Below are positions 40,907 to 55,839 of a stretch of DNA of 64,000 nt, piece after piece; position 1 is the stretch's first letter; each line of letters starts with the position of its first letter. Position numbers and translations under genes: made by a program. Source of the DNA: the human T2T-CHM13v2.0 reference genome, Homo sapiens; NCBI RefSeq assembly GCF_009914755.1, contig NC_060930.1; one strand, given 5' to 3'. Below the pieces are notes generated by a model that did not search any database, was not told the origin of the DNA, and was given only the letters and a program-made list of their open reading frames with translations.

Positions 40907-42150
40907 TTTAAATTAATAAAATAATTGAAATGCAAAATAGCATTTGTAATAAAACCTAAAGAATAATTATATAAAATGTGAAAGGTAAGTATGTAAAATA
41001 GATACAGTTGTTACATTGGTAAAACTCAGGTGTTTTCACAGAATTTTTGAATTCTCTGTGAATCTAGGACTTAATTGCTCTAAAAGTGTTTGCTTAGCCA
41101 TTTCAATTTATGGTTATATTTCTTTCTTGTTCTGATGCGTTGGTAGAGATTAATTTGGTTTTTATTTTCGATCATTGACTTAGCTAGAAATAATCATTTC
41201 CAAAAGTAAAAGTACATTTTAAAAAAAGGACCAAGATTAATAATTCAGGAATTATAATACGAATTAGATGGGAAGGGAATGTATTCTCTTAAAAGAAATA
41301 TTTCACCCTGAACTTCTTACAAGTTGCTGTTACATATTGCCTAGAGATCACTTTTGAGTTGAAAAAGTGGTATTTTTGTATACAGTAATCCAAGAATCGT
41401 TCTGACCCCTATTCCTTACAGCTAAATAAACTGCAAGGCATGCAGTCTTTGGTGTTCTGCCAGCAGGAGCATTGAGATAAGAATTCCCACTATGAACACC
41501 GTGTTATCCTTTTGCCACTATCTACTGATTAAACCTCAAAGGCCCTTTCAAACTGTCAGGGAAAGCACACACAAGGCGTTCTATGTGGATATGTGTGGCA
41601 GGGAAGGGCAGGGAGTTCTTGAATTCTACGTTTTGTGAATACCTGACTTTCATCCTTAAAGCACCTTGTGTCCCAGTTTTTGGACATAGTGCAGGATTGT
41701 AGCTAGGAAGCTGCGGGACATAGACTGCTAGGAAGGCTTCTGGTAATCAAGGAAACACCAGGTGCATACTGTAACTAGAACTCAGGGGAAATTATTAAAC
41801 TCTAGCATATGAGGCAGTTGAGGGTCAAGTCCAGGGCTAAGTAGGAGGGAGCTTAAGTTTGATTAGCAAATAAACAACTTAAACCTATTAGGTCACAGGT
41901 GGCAGGAATCTTATATTATCAGCAAAGGGAAAATATGTATCACAAGGGAGGCACTCCGAACTGGAATGTGTAATAGACGTTTTCATCAGTTAGATAAGGG
42001 TGGGGAGGGGAGAAGTTTAGAAATAACTTTTTAAAAATATGTCAATTAGATTCTCAGATGGTGAACAAAAGTGTCTGTGGATTTAAACACAAGTAATATC
42101 ACTCAGAAAGCTGGATCATTTAATGTTATAGATACCCTGAGCAAGGGAGA

Positions 42151-42327
42151 TTTTTTGTGTGTGTGTGTGAAGACAGAGTTTTGTTATGTTGCCCAGGCTG
42201 GAGAACAGTGGCTATTCACAGGTGTGAACATAGCACATTACAACCCTGAACTCCTGGGCTCAAGTGATCCTCCTGCCTCAGCATCCTGAGTAGCTGAGAC
42301 TATAGGCATGTGTTACTGTGCTTGGCT
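42151..42327 (-). mobile_element. FAM (fossil Alu monomer)
   Basis: Single monomer with the 7SL-type segment 'cagtggctattcacaggtgtga'; degenerate TSD ctgagcaaggga/ctcagcaggga. Confidence 0.82.
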
Positions 42328-43034
42328 CTCAGCAGGGATTCTTAATTCTGGTGGGAATAATAGTTTGCTGGGGTATCTGCCTGGTTGACAGACATTTGCC
42401 TGAGACCTCATTTATCTAAAGATGGTTCTTGAGTGTTGAGGTTATCTCTGCTTGAAGATCTGGACTGGTGAGTTGTGATTTATAGGAAGGGATGACTGAG
42501 AGAGAAGAGAGAGACTGTGATAGCTGGGGAGCAGTCTGACATTCTCTCACTAACAAGGCCCTAGTCGCCCCTATGGTGGTTACCCCACCTGCCTTAAGGC
42601 AGAGATATAGCTGTTTGGTCCTTCCTTACCCAGGGGCTTTGAAACTGGCTTTGAAACAATAAATATGAAATCATATTTATTGCAGGGCTTCTCTTATAGA
42701 TTTCACAACAAATACTCTGCGGACGTTGCTTATAATATATCATACACCTGAATGAGAGACGTCAGGGAAGAAGACGTGTACTTTTTCCCTAATTTAGAGA
42801 TCAAGCTACATATTTTCAGATAGGGAGAAACATCACTGGTTATGAAAATTTTATATGAAATGGTCTACGTCCAAACACAAGTTATTATAATAACATAATC
42901 TTCCTATATGTCCCTTTCAAATATGTGTTAAGCTCTGAATTAGGGTTTTTCATTTAATTTTGACTGTTTCTTTCTTCTCCCCTGAGGTCAATCCTAGACT
43001 TAAAGGTGGAAAGACTGTAGGCATGATCTATTTT

Positions 43035-43208
43035 AGCAGTGGCAAATAAGACTCAGATTGCTGGCCAACTCTAATTCTTTGGTTGTAGCTTTCTAGAGCC
43101 CTGGATTGAGTAGATTTTCCTCCTGAGGGTCAACTGAAAAACTAGTCATGATCAGTTAGTAATCATTTCCATGGATGAAGGTGGAGAAATGGCAATACAT
43201 ACCCTTGA
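43035..43208 (+). mobile_element. MER117-like hAT MITE within a MIR remnant
   Basis: 'gtggcaaataag...gccaactctaattctttggttgtagct...catgatcagttagtaat'. Confidence 0.55.
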
Positions 43209-43265
43209 CCTTGACCAACTCTATTATTTTATGGTTGAGGAAACCTCACATTAAACAGTATAAAT

Positions 43266-43789
43266 CAGGGGTCCCCAACCCCCAGGTCATGGAACAGTAC
43301 CAGTCTGTGGCCCATTAGAACCCAGGCTACACAGCAGGAGGTTAGCGGCAGGTGAGTGAGCAAGCTTCATCTGTATTTACAGCCACTCCCCATCATGTGC
43401 ATTACCTCCTGAGCTCCTCCTTCTGTCAGATCAGGGATGGCATTAGATTCTCATAGGAGTGCAAACTCTATTGTGAAATGAACATGTGAGGGATCTAGGT
43501 TTTATGCTTTTTATAAGAATCTAATGCCTGATGATCTGTCACTGTCACCCATCACCCTCAGATGGGATGGTCTAGCTGCAGGAAAACAAGCACAGGGCTC
43601 CCACTGATTTTACATTATGGTGAGTATATAATTATTTCATTATATATTACAGTGTAATAGTAATAGAAATAAAGTGCACAGTAACAGTAATGTGATTGAA
43701 TTATCTCAAAAGCATCTTCCCTCCTGGTCCATAGAAAATTTGTCTTCCACAAAATTGGTACCTGGTGCCAATAAGGTTGGGTACCGCTG
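43266..43789 (+). mobile_element. MER1A (hAT-Charlie)
   Basis: caggggtccccaacccc...aaggttgggtaccgctg TIRs; perfect 8-bp TSD GTATAAAT. Confidence 0.93.
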
Positions 43790-43819
43790 GTATAAATGAC
43801 TTCCTAGATAGTAAAGGAG

Positions 43820-44172
43820 GGCCAGGCTTGGTGGCTGATGCCTGTAATTCTAGCATTTTGAGAGGCTGAGGGGGGAGGATCACTTGAGCCCAGAAGTTTG
43901 AGACCAGCCTGGGCAAAATAGTGAGATCCCATGTCTACTAAATAAATAAATATGTATTCTATATAAATATAAATATATACATATTATACATATATGCCAC
44001 CACACTTGTGTGTGTGTGCATATGCCTGTGGTTCCAGATACTTAGGAGGCTGAGGTGGGAGGATGGCTTGAGCCAGGAGGTGGAGGTTGCGGTGAGTTGT
44101 GATTGCACCTCTGCACTTCAGCCAGGGTGACAGAGTGAGACCCTGTCCCCTTCATGCAAAAAAAATAATGAA
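43820..44172 (+). mobile_element. AluJ with expanded AT-rich linker
   Basis: 'ggatcacttgagcccagaagtttgagaccagcctgggcaa'; TSD agtaaaggag. Confidence 0.88.
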
Positions 44173-44574
44173 AGTAAAGGAGATAAATTTAAAAGCTATG
44201 GAGGCTTACTCCAATCTCTGTGTTCTTTCCATTACACCATCCAAATGATGTCTTTTACTTTTGATGTCTACAAAGAAAATGAGGTAATAAAAACTAGCCA
44301 TGATTTGTTTGTTAATTATCATATGCTATTGGGAAGAGACTATGGGGTCCACTCACACATGCTTATCTCCCTTTCATTCACCCATGCACTTTCTCAATGA
44401 AGGTACACTGCATTATTTGGAGAATGCCATAAATACCAGTATGACCTAGGGATAAAAATTTGATACTGCAATGTAACTGAAACTTTTGGTAACATTTTGA
44501 AAGGTAGGAAGGAACGTTCGGAGCCACTGATTAATGGGTCATTTCATGTGTACAGATGGGTTTAAATGAGAAAG

Positions 44575-44820
44575 CAAAATAGTGTAGTGGAAAAACATTG
44601 AACTAAACAGATGTGGGTCCAAACCTTGGAACTGCTGTGTAGAGGTCTATAAAGTCCTAGGAAAGTCACTAATTTTCTCTGGGTCTTGGATTCCTCAGCT
44701 GGAAAAATTCAGAGTTAAAAAATGCCTCTTATGATTATTCTAAGGGTTGGAATAATATATCTAAAGCTCATGGCAGTGTAACTGATGAAAGATAACCACT
44801 CAATAAATATTAATTTTTAC
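44575..44820 (+). mobile_element. MIR
   Basis: 'ggaaagtcactaattttctctgggtcttggattcctcagctggaaaa...ctcaataaatatt'. Confidence 0.7.
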
Positions 44821-45603
44821 TATATAAAAGCTACAAAGAATTAAATAAAAAATAAAATGCCAATGAATTAGAAAAATTGTTTTTTAAAATCTTCCTGATG
44901 CTGAGGCATTAACAGCAACTCCTAAATACACTTAAAACAATGCATTTCCAGAGTCACTGGGAACCTCTTATCGTCCTACCTGCAAATCTTGTTAAAAATA
45001 AAGATGTCTAGGGGTTGTTCCATTCAAGATCTACTACATGAAAATATCTGGGGATAACGCCTCATTGCCTATATTGTTTAACACACCCTATTCTTGTTGG
45101 AAGCCTCAAAAACCCTCTCCACCTCATGAATTAGAAATCAATTGAGAAATAAGAAAAAGAAGTCAAAATAATACATCAGGTGCTTTCAAGATTTAGGCTG
45201 GAAGAGGTAGTTTGTATCTGTGGGCAAGTCTGCCTTCTAATGCTGAGCCCCAGAATTAGAAAAGCATCTCTTCAGTCATAGGGAATGCTAGACCAGGAAG
45301 GGCTCACCACAGGGCTGCAGACTTTCAGAATGGAGAGAATGTGAGTCCCCTAAGGCCAACCATCCCACCAGGAAGAGCAGAATCACTTAGGCTAACATAC
45401 CCTGAGTCAAGTAAACTGTTTTATTTCCTACAGATAAGAAAGGGCAGGGATGTATTAAATAGCCAGGATTATCACTGTAATTTATACCCCTTCCAATACA
45501 CATGAAAGGAAAGCTCATTAGTGGAAAAAAAAATCTACCACCACCCCCTCACACATCTCCTGAGCAGTTTTTATGCTCATATTTTTGAAGTTTTTTGGTC
45601 TAA

Positions 45604-46039
<436 letters not shown>

Positions 46040-46576
46040 TGATGTAGACTACACCACGTGTGTGCCTGAAATATTTGCAGGGCCTGAGTGTGCAAGTAAA
46101 GATGGAGCCGATGCGATGCTGCTACCGCCGTCCTGAACTGCTGTTATGTGTGGTTCTCTTCCCTGCTCCTGGGACACCTCTGACTCTGCTTACCCTCCTC
46201 CCAGAGTGGTGACAGGCCATGGGGAATGAAGGTTTAATGTGCCTTTGTCAGTTCACCATATTTTCAAACACCAAGGTTTTAAAGAGCAAGGAAAGTAGAA
46301 ATAGAAGGAAAATAATCAACACATACATAAAGTAATAGATATGAGGAAAAATAATTACTATGTATGAACACAAATGACATGGAAAAATCCAGATGCTTTC
46401 TGGTCCTGTATCATCAAAAAGTCATCATATACACAAAATAAATGTACTTATTTTTTATTTGTGGATTTTTTCTTTTGCAAGATGTTGGCAATAAAGACCT
46501 CATTTCAACATTACTGTTACCATTATTACTATTGCTATGAGTTATTAAACAGTACTACAGGTTATTTCCTGTTTGA

Positions 46577-47005
<429 letters not shown>

Positions 47006-47089
47006 TAATAGTAGGCAGCTATGAATTATTTAAATTAGAATTGGATGCTTGGTTGCAAGAAGACATTTGCAACATTTCTGTTGAAGATT

Positions 47090-48340
47090 AGTATAAAATA
47101 TATAAGAAATAATTCTAAAATATGCAAGAGAAAGATAAAACATTCTATAGATAATGTGGCAAAAGAAATAATCAATTTACAAAACAGAAATCTGAATGGC
47201 TGAGAAATACATGAAGAGACATTCATTCTTACTGATAAAGAAGTGAAAATAAAGATAAAACACCAACTTGTGTCTATGCGATTGGCAAAAAACAACTCAG
47301 ACAATATCAAGTGCTGACAAGCATGAGGAGAAACCAGTATCATCCATCACTGCTGATTGTCACGAGGGCTGGTCCAGCCCTGTTGAGGTGCAATATAACT
47401 GTGAAATTAAGTTAAAAATGCTCTGTGCTTCAACAATTCTTTTGTAGGTTTTTCTACAGGGAAAACCTTTACAAATATTTTTCTGTAAGAAAACCTGTAC
47501 AAAGATGAAGTACTTTGTTGAACTACTACAGATTGTAGTGTAGAATTGAAGACAACCCAAGCTACCATCTCATGAGTAACAGGGAAGTTAAGTGTAGAAA
47601 ATGCACAAAAAGTGATTGTATACAGGAGGAATGATTGTATACAGAAGACTTCTTTAGGAAGAAAGTGAGGCTCCCACTTGTCACAAGCTATCATGGGCTT
47701 CACGTAGTTTTCAGAAGACCTTATGGAAGAAGTTTTAGCTCTTTGAAGTCTGAGAGACCAGGCACCCTCCTCTTTCATCCCATAAGGAGCTGAGTTCAGA
47801 AAAAGGAAAGCAGCCAAATTCAAGAGCAAACCAGAGGAAGCAACCATGGGAATGCTTGGGACCCAGCCGAGGTCTCCAGCCAAGAGCCAACACTGTTACA
47901 GAGAAGCTAACTCTGCATGTACAGGCCTTGAGGGTTCAATAGCCATGTTCTGGTTTTTAGCTCAGCCTTTAAGAAAGTGAGTTTCCCCAGGTTCCCCCTT
48001 TGTGGGAGCTTTCTTTAAACTCATGCCTCACACAAATCTTTGACCAGCTGAACAGTAGAGTCATTTAGTAAACATTGCGTAGTTACTACACCCCCATTTA
48101 CATAGGAAAACATGGATAGATTTCAAATACATAACGCTACAATGATAAAAGATGAGAAATACGAAATTAGTAGCAAAATAAAATTCATATACATCTAAAA
48201 ATACAGTATATAATGCTATATTTTTTCATAGAAACACTTTTAAGGAAGTAGGGTCTGAAATGTAGAATGAATAGACATACCTTAAATATTTGAGAATGAA
48301 TGCTGAAGGGGAGGGAAGTGGGATTGGATATGAAATGCAG
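47090..48340 (+). mobile_element. Ancient L1ME ORF2-end/3' UTR, interrupted at ~47650-48050
   Basis: 'cagacaatatcaagtgctgacaagcatgaggagaaac', 'acatggatagatttcaaatacataac'. Confidence 0.55.
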
Positions 48341-48963
48341 CAGAGGGAGAGTGAGAGTAAGAGCGAGTGAGAGAGAGAGAGAAAGAGAGAGAAAGGGAGA
48401 GAGAATGTCGCAACAGTTGATAATGCTAGTATGCCAGGAATAAGAGGTACAATTAGTGTAATTATGCACATTTGTGTATTACAAATACATAATTAAATAT
48501 TATAAATAACATATAGAACTATAAATAAAATAGAGATCAACGAGCAGTTCCTGATACAGCATCTCACAATTGTCCACTAAAATACTAATGTGGGCAAAAA
48601 GACAAAAATAATACAGAAAACTGTAGCAGAATCTAGAATGAATTTCTACTCTTAGGTCAAAGAAGGTGGAATATAACTATATTATGGCCTGGTAATATTT
48701 GGCTTCATAGCATCTGAAAGAAGTTAGGAAGGTGTTTTAACCTACCTCTCCAATCCTGTCTCCAACCCCGGCTTCTAGCTGAATGACCAGGATGTGTGTT
48801 AACCAAAAAACTGGACCACTATCCCTTGATCACAAAGGGCCTGTTCATAGCAATGACCAGAAAGTAATCTCAAATCTCACTTTCTATATCAGAGGCTATC
48901 CAGAAGTGGACCAAAAATTATCAGTCACGTCTATGTGCTGCAGCATTATTTGTGGTAGTTAGT

Positions 48964-49361
48964 TCCTTAGTCCAGTTTTGCTGCTGTAGCAAAATACCTC
49001 AGACTGTGTAATTTATAGACATTTACTTCTCATAGTTCTAAAGGTTGGGAAGCCCAAGATCAAGGTTCTTGCAGGTTTGGTGTCATATAAGGGCCATTCT
49101 CTCTGCTTCCAAGGTGGTGCCTTGTTGCTGCATTCTCCAGGGGGAACCAATGCTGTGTCCTCACATGGTGGAAGATTGAAGGGTAAAAAGGGATAGACTT
49201 CCTCTGTCAAGCCCGTTTAATAAGGGGACCAAATCCTATTCATGAGAGTGGAGCCCTCGTGACTTAATCACTTCCCAAAGTCCACACCTATTAATACTGC
49301 AGCATCAGGGATTAAGTTTCCACATGAATTTTGGAAGGGACACTGTCATTCAAAGCACAGA
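48964..49361 (-). mobile_element. MaLR LTR (MSTD/MLT1A-like)
   Basis: 'ttgctgctgtagcaaaatacctcagactg...gggaagcccaagatcaagg...gtcctcacatggtggaag...catgaattttggaaggg'. Confidence 0.82.
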
Positions 49362-49714
49362 AGTAGGCCAGAAGCTCAGTAGCCAGCTGAGAAATAGTAA
49401 AATAAATTATAGCCATCTTGTGGCATATAACACACTCATCATAATCATGTTTTTGAAGAAGAGTAAGAAACATAAGAAAATATTCATGATATTACCCAAA
49501 AAGTGCAGAAAACAAAAATTATATAGTACTGCACTACTTTTGTTTAAATATATGTATATGTACACTAAGGGTAAATATACCAACATACTGACAATGGATT
49601 ATATTTGGATGTTAGGAATGGTCATGGTTTTACTTCTTTTCTTTACTCATCTCTATTCCTCTAATTTCTGATAATTAATAGCAATTCCTTTTATAAGTGG
49701 TAAAAATAAAAGAC

Positions 49715-49860
49715 AGTGGCAGCTAATGCTAATTGCTTACTCTATGCTGGGCACCATTCTAAGTCCTGTGTATACTTCGTGTGTATAAAGTCTTTTTTAT
49801 CCTTGTAACAGATCTATGAAGTGAGTACCATAATTGTACCTGTTTATCTGCAGTTGGAGG
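49715..49860 (-). mobile_element. MIR
   Basis: 'gcttactctatgctgggcaccattctaag...atccttgtaacagatctatgaagtgagtac'. Confidence 0.65.
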
Positions 49861-50296
49861 TCCCTGAGACAGAAGCTGAGCTCAATGGCACTTGGGCTTG
49901 GGAGTCTCAACAGTGTACATGCTGTCATCTAAGTTTCTTTATTCCACGCTTGGAGATAAGTCTTAGTGCAACTTTACAATGTAAGATGGTGGTTTCCTAA
50001 TAACAGCTTTGGGGCTGGGAGAGTCCAATGGTACCAGGTGAAGGAACTAAAAGAGGGAAGGAAAAGCAAGAGCCTGAAAGACATAAAACTTTTTTTCAAG
50101 CTAGTGCTCTCAGTTCTAAAGTCAAGTAGCAAACACACAGTTGTTTAAAGGAGAAAAGTAATTAGTTTGGCTTAATTTTGTTTTATGTACTTCTTCCAAG
50201 AAGACAATATAAGAAGCAAAAGAGACATATATTAGCTCCATGATTAGCACACAAACATCTTCTGAGTTGCAAGTTGCATGCTTTATTAGACACTGA

Positions 50297-50582
<286 letters not shown>

Positions 50583-52398
50583 CCAACGTTGGTTTTTGAT
50601 GAAGGGAGGTACTCAGTAGGGGGTCTACTTTGGAGAGACCACCGAATGCAGAATACTTCCCCCTTGGGGAAATCCACAGAGAGGCAGGTCTTCATCTCTA
50701 CTGAGATCTTGACACAGAGATGGGCCAATGTGATTCTGCCTCCAGCCTACTCCATATGTAATAAGGCCCTGGTCTAGCTGTTGTTCTCTGTTTTGCTTCA
50801 TTTGTTTGCAATTTCCTGATGGGAAACCCCAGTAAATGTCAGGGTCCAAACAGTAAGGTGAGTCTAGGTAAACTGACCAACTCAGACAAAGCTTGCCTTT
50901 CATACCTGAGTAATGATCAGGTGCCATCATTCAAATTCATTCATTGATCCTTCAGCAGCTGGGGTAAGTGAAAAGGTGTCTGTGGTCACCATGTATTTGA
51001 TGACCTCATTCTGCCCGCTGTGAAAGAGCTAGCTTTTCGTGATGGGCAGACCAAAGCTATTTGCCTCAAGTTCTGATGCTGGGATCTTTTACTGCCACAA
51101 AGACCTGATTAAACTTTTAGGTGCTTCATCGGGTCTGTTGGCTCTTGTTAACACTAACCTGTTGTGGTGCCCTTCAAAGTACTTTTTCTCCAGGGTTGCA
51201 GTGAACTGAGAGAGCTTATTTAGCATTTATTAAATAGTAAATAGCTAATTACTCAAAGTAGCTATTTACATATTGAATTTATTTTTCTTGGCATCTTTAA
51301 TGTCTGATTAACATTTTCTTCCTACAGCTGGAAGATACTTACACAGAATAAAACATTCCCTTATTTAATCTCAAGTGGAATATACTATAAGTGTGATCAT
51401 TTTAATTTGTGTCATTTATTAGCAGGAGAGAGGTATCGTACAGGTGGGATGCTCTATCACATGCCAATTAGCAGGTGGCTTAGAGGGCAAGAGGGAAAAT
51501 TATTTTACCGGGGGATTATAGAAGTCACAGAAGGAGAAGTTCAACTGTGGGAAAAATAGAAGAGATGACATTGGGATGCCTAATTTTGGAGACTGGGGAC
51601 AGAGCTTAAAGAAGTGACAATAATACTGTACAGACATCCTAAGAGAATACTTAAAATAGAAAGTCTGGCATCCTCTTTGTAAAAATCACTATTTCTTTTT
51701 CTAATCATATGAGAACCAAAGCTAACACTAAAGGAGACCTGACTGACCTAATTAAAGTGTGTTATATAAATGAAGAAATGAAGGCATAGAGAAGTCTTGC
51801 CCCAGTGTGGCTTAAATCAGCAGTGTGGATAGATGTAAAAAACTCACCTGCAGTCTCCTATTCCACTGAATGTTTTAGGAACCCATATGGCAGGATTTCT
51901 TGTCTGTAGCATGTTTTTTTTCAATTGCTTCCCAATGGCCCACATCAGGATGTTTGACTACACCACACTTATATCTGGGAGACTTCCAAAGTATGTTTTA
52001 AAAAGAGGAATGTGGCAGGTTCATACAAAGCAAGAGAGAGCAAACAAAATTTCTCCAAGCAGCACATGGCTTCATAATTTAGAAATAGCATTGTGGGAAA
52101 ATGGTGTCCACCACAAAAGGAAGGAGGAGTCAGCTTTGCAAGGGAGCACAACTCATTTACTGTTATTCTCATTGACCTGTTGAGCTTCTTTTATCCTCTG
52201 GCTTCTGGAAGCCAATAGTTAGTTGTACATTGAGGCAATCTCTGTTAGGATTAACTCAAGTGTTTGGCTTATGGCCTACCCACACCACAGCTGTTTGGTA
52301 CCCTTCCTAGCCAGATTGGAAAACTAAAATATTGCAAAGCAACTTCTCATCTTGGTATGTAATAAGTACTGGATACATATTTCTCAAGTGAGTGAATG

Positions 52399-52600
52399 CA
52401 GAGTGCCTTTTATGATTATGCAGGTTGTGCTTCAGAGGCCCAGCCAAGGGGCATAAATGGGAACTGAAATCCAACTGCCCTCTGGGTGCCAAGCCAGGTG
52501 CCCTGGCATGTGGCTGCTCCCCAACTCCTGAAAGAGGTGCTATTTGCTAACTGGTTCACACTCTGAGATGTCTTTTATTCTAGTTTGCACAAAGATGCAA
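52399..52600 (+). mobile_element. MER91A-like (hAT-Tip100)
   Basis: 'gcaggttgtgc...gggaactgaaatccaactg...gccaagccaggtgccctggcatgtggctgc'. Confidence 0.6.
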
Positions 52601-53229
52601 GACAGACTAGCTGTAACCTTGAAGAAATTTATGCAACCTGTGATGAAGTGGGCAGAGCTGACTGTGAGCTTCATGCCCTGCTAAATATAGGTAGCTTTTC
52701 AAAGTGCTGCTATTGCAGCGGGAGCTCCCAGAAATTTATAAGGGATCTAGACAAGTGTCTGGGAATTGCCAATGTTTTCTTCCTGTGCACGTATTATTCT
52801 TTTTTTATGAATTCATAATATTCTTAGAGTTGGCATCACATCATTTAATAATTTTTTTCTCTTTATCTCTCTTTTACTCTTTAAGGTTTTCAAGTGAATC
52901 TTTTACTATTATATGTATTTGAATGCATAGATGCAATATCTCTGTGTCCTTTAACATATATTAGGAATTCAACAAATACTTCTTTAAAAAACTAGATTGT
53001 AAAATCCTTAAAAACAAGAAGTATGTCATATGCTTCTGTTCAAGCCTCTTCAGTTTCCAGCACTCTGTGCAGAATTAAATTTGTTAACTGTTTAGCAAAG
53101 TACATTGGACTGACTGAACTCAACACTACTCTCAGAAGTTTTTGGAGACTCCAACCTTCTTCCATGGATTGGTATACTTGGGGCTGATTTTCCTTGGCAT
53201 GCTGCAGGTTTTCTAAAGAAAGTCTGTTA

Positions 53230-53730
53230 CTTAAAGGCAGATACCTTCGACTGGATTTTCTGCCTTCACTCTCTACCATTCTCTACCCTACTCCAGGCAT
53301 TGGGAAGCTGATTCACATGAATTATACAATCAAACTCTCATGCCCTCAGGCTTCTGGTTGGATTTAGTCAGTGGGCATCCCTGGTAGGAGGTTGGAGGGG
53401 AGTGGATATTGAGATCTGGATGTTTATTCCTCTAGCTTTCTCCCTGGGAAGTCACTTCAAGGTTGTCTGTGTTCCTCCACCTAAGGTCTCAAGGTCTACA
53501 GTCTCACCACGGTCTCTTTCTAAGTAACAATGACTATTCCCTTGTCTCACTCCATGGGGTCCAGGAATAATGGTGGACCTATTATTTCTAGCAAGTTATT
53601 TTGCTATTCCTGTAGTTTTCCTACATCCCTACCTCCATCTTTATAAATAGTTACTATATTATGCCCTCTTTAAATTACCCTTGTTTGAGTGTGCCAGTTG
53701 TTTCATCTTGCATCCAATGTCGGATTAACT
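53230..53730 (+). mobile_element. LTR33-like ERVL LTR
   Basis: 'ggcttctggttggatttagtcagtggg...gtttattcctctagctttctccctg...tttgagtgtgccagttgtttc'. Confidence 0.65.
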
Positions 53731-55322
53731 AGCACCATGCTAAAACATAGGTAAACGATGTGAAGCAGCTGGAGTCCCTGCCCTGCACCTTAGTCCTGCC
53801 ATATGCTGTCTTAGAATAACCCTCTAACTTGGTCTTCTGGCTCCTCTCATTTTTAACTCCATGTTCAGCCTTTGCATCTTGGTTTGCCAGCTTTCTTCAT
53901 GTGACCCTCAGCTCCAGGGTCTGGTGCAATGTTATTTTCTTCACTTGGATTCAACCATATTTAGAATGATTTTACCTCCCTTTCATATCCCCAGAGGACA
54001 TTACCCAGAATTTTCCGGGACTTCTCTCTTTATAAGACCAACCCCTGAAGATAGATTTCTAACAAGTCACAACTATATTAAGAGTGAGCAACTTATACGC
54101 CCCTTTTCTTATTTACAGGGTGACAATTGTTGAGAGTGGTCTCACCTTTTTCCATTTATAAGAAGACCGCTACCTATACTGCATCAGCTTTAACTTCAGT
54201 CTGCTCCCTGCTACCCAGGCTTAGTGTCTTGGAGTACATATTTTACAAAGTTACTGGCCCTTAGTCTAACAGAGCAACAACTTTAACAGATTAATTCCTT
54301 AAGTTTGGGACCTTGGGTTATATAAAAGTAAATGATGTTATCAGTTCTATAAATCCAACATTCTGTTATATTTACATAAAATGAAGGTTCATTAAATTTT
54401 ATCCTCCTTGTACTCTATCCCCAAAATGGTATTATAAATTTTCTTTTCCTGGAGTTCTTAATGATCCAAAATGTACTCTTTAAGGAGATCCACTGGCAAT
54501 GTTCTGAAATACAGAAGTGCTGCTCCTAAGTGTATATATATATTTTTTAACAAAAGATCTGGCTGTTGCTTTTTGTGGATTCATCTTGAAATCTGTGTAA
54601 GTGAAATAGTAAACACTAAATGCTGAGACAGGATAGATAAAAATATTAATGTCTCTTTGTTTGCATGTTAGGTGAGAGGCGTTGCTCAGGAAATATTCAT
54701 GAGAAGGTAAAAGGCTGTAGAACAAACAGGGTTGATATGCTCCTTAAATGTCAAGTCAGAATTGGTAACAGCACTGAGACTTGATCCTAGTAGCAATGAA
54801 GTATGAGAACGGGATACGCTCCAGTATAGCCTTCTGCAGGGCATGAATGGAGGAGTAATTGATGAGGACCTATCAATAAAGAATTCAGGTGATTTTGAGT
54901 TCAACACTAGTATTTACTAGGAATCAGAGTGGGTGTCTGACAGACATGAATATACAGAATCTGCTAGAGATCTGACTGATGTGTACATTTGAGTCACAAC
55001 TGCCGTCTAAGAAGTTATAGGGTTGAGAAAGTGTTCCTAATTTCACTGGTTCATGAGAGTGGTATCCTCATGAGAATAGATCAAGAAAATTTCAGGCTAC
55101 CGGTAGAGCACCCCATCATCTAAAAGTCTCTAAGGCATTAAGAAGTCCCCTAAGATGATCCCCTGAAGGTCATCAGAACTTGACATTATAGGAAAATGAT
55201 TTTACCTCAGAGGCCTCTGAGAATTGTTTAGGAGAGAAAGGAAAACACCTACCTATCTGCTTCTTGATCTCAGAAACTGTAGTAGAACAGGTGAGTAGTG
55301 ACAAATAAAAGAATGAACATTA

Positions 55323-55839
55323 ACTATTTACAATAGCAAAGACTTGGAACCAACCCAAATGCCCATCAGTGATAGAATCGATAAAGAAAATGTAGCACAT
55401 ATATACCATGGAATACTATGAAGCCATAAAAGATGAGTTCATGTTCTTTGCAGGGACATTGATGAAGCTGGAAGTCATCATTCTCAGCAAACTAACATAG
55501 GAACAGAAAACCAAAAACCACATGTTCTCACTCATAAGTGAGAGCTGATCAATTAGAACACATGGACACAGGGAGGGTAACATCACACACTGGGGCCTGT
55601 CGGGGGGTGGAAGGCAAAGGGAGGGAGAGCATTAGGTCAAATACCTAATGCATATAGGGTTTAAAACCTAGATGATGGGTTGATAGGTGCAGCAAACCAC
55701 TATGGCACATGTATACCTATGTAACAAACCTGCACGTTCTGCACATGTATCCCAGAACTTAAAGTAAAATTTAATAAAAAGAATATTTAAAAAGAAAGAA
55801 ATTTAATTCACATCCAAGAAAAAACAAAACAAAACTACC
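55323..55839 (+). mobile_element. 5'-truncated L1PA7/8-like 3' end
   Basis: 'gggagggagagcattagg...aaaacctagatgatgggttgataggtgcagcaaacc...cccagaacttaaagtaaa'; TSD aaagaatgaacatta/aaagaatgagcatta. Confidence 0.9.

Noticed and set aside
51465-51495. CTCF-like motif 'ttagcaggtggct'
   Set aside because: Partial core match only; lacks the 5' CC and 3' GC positions
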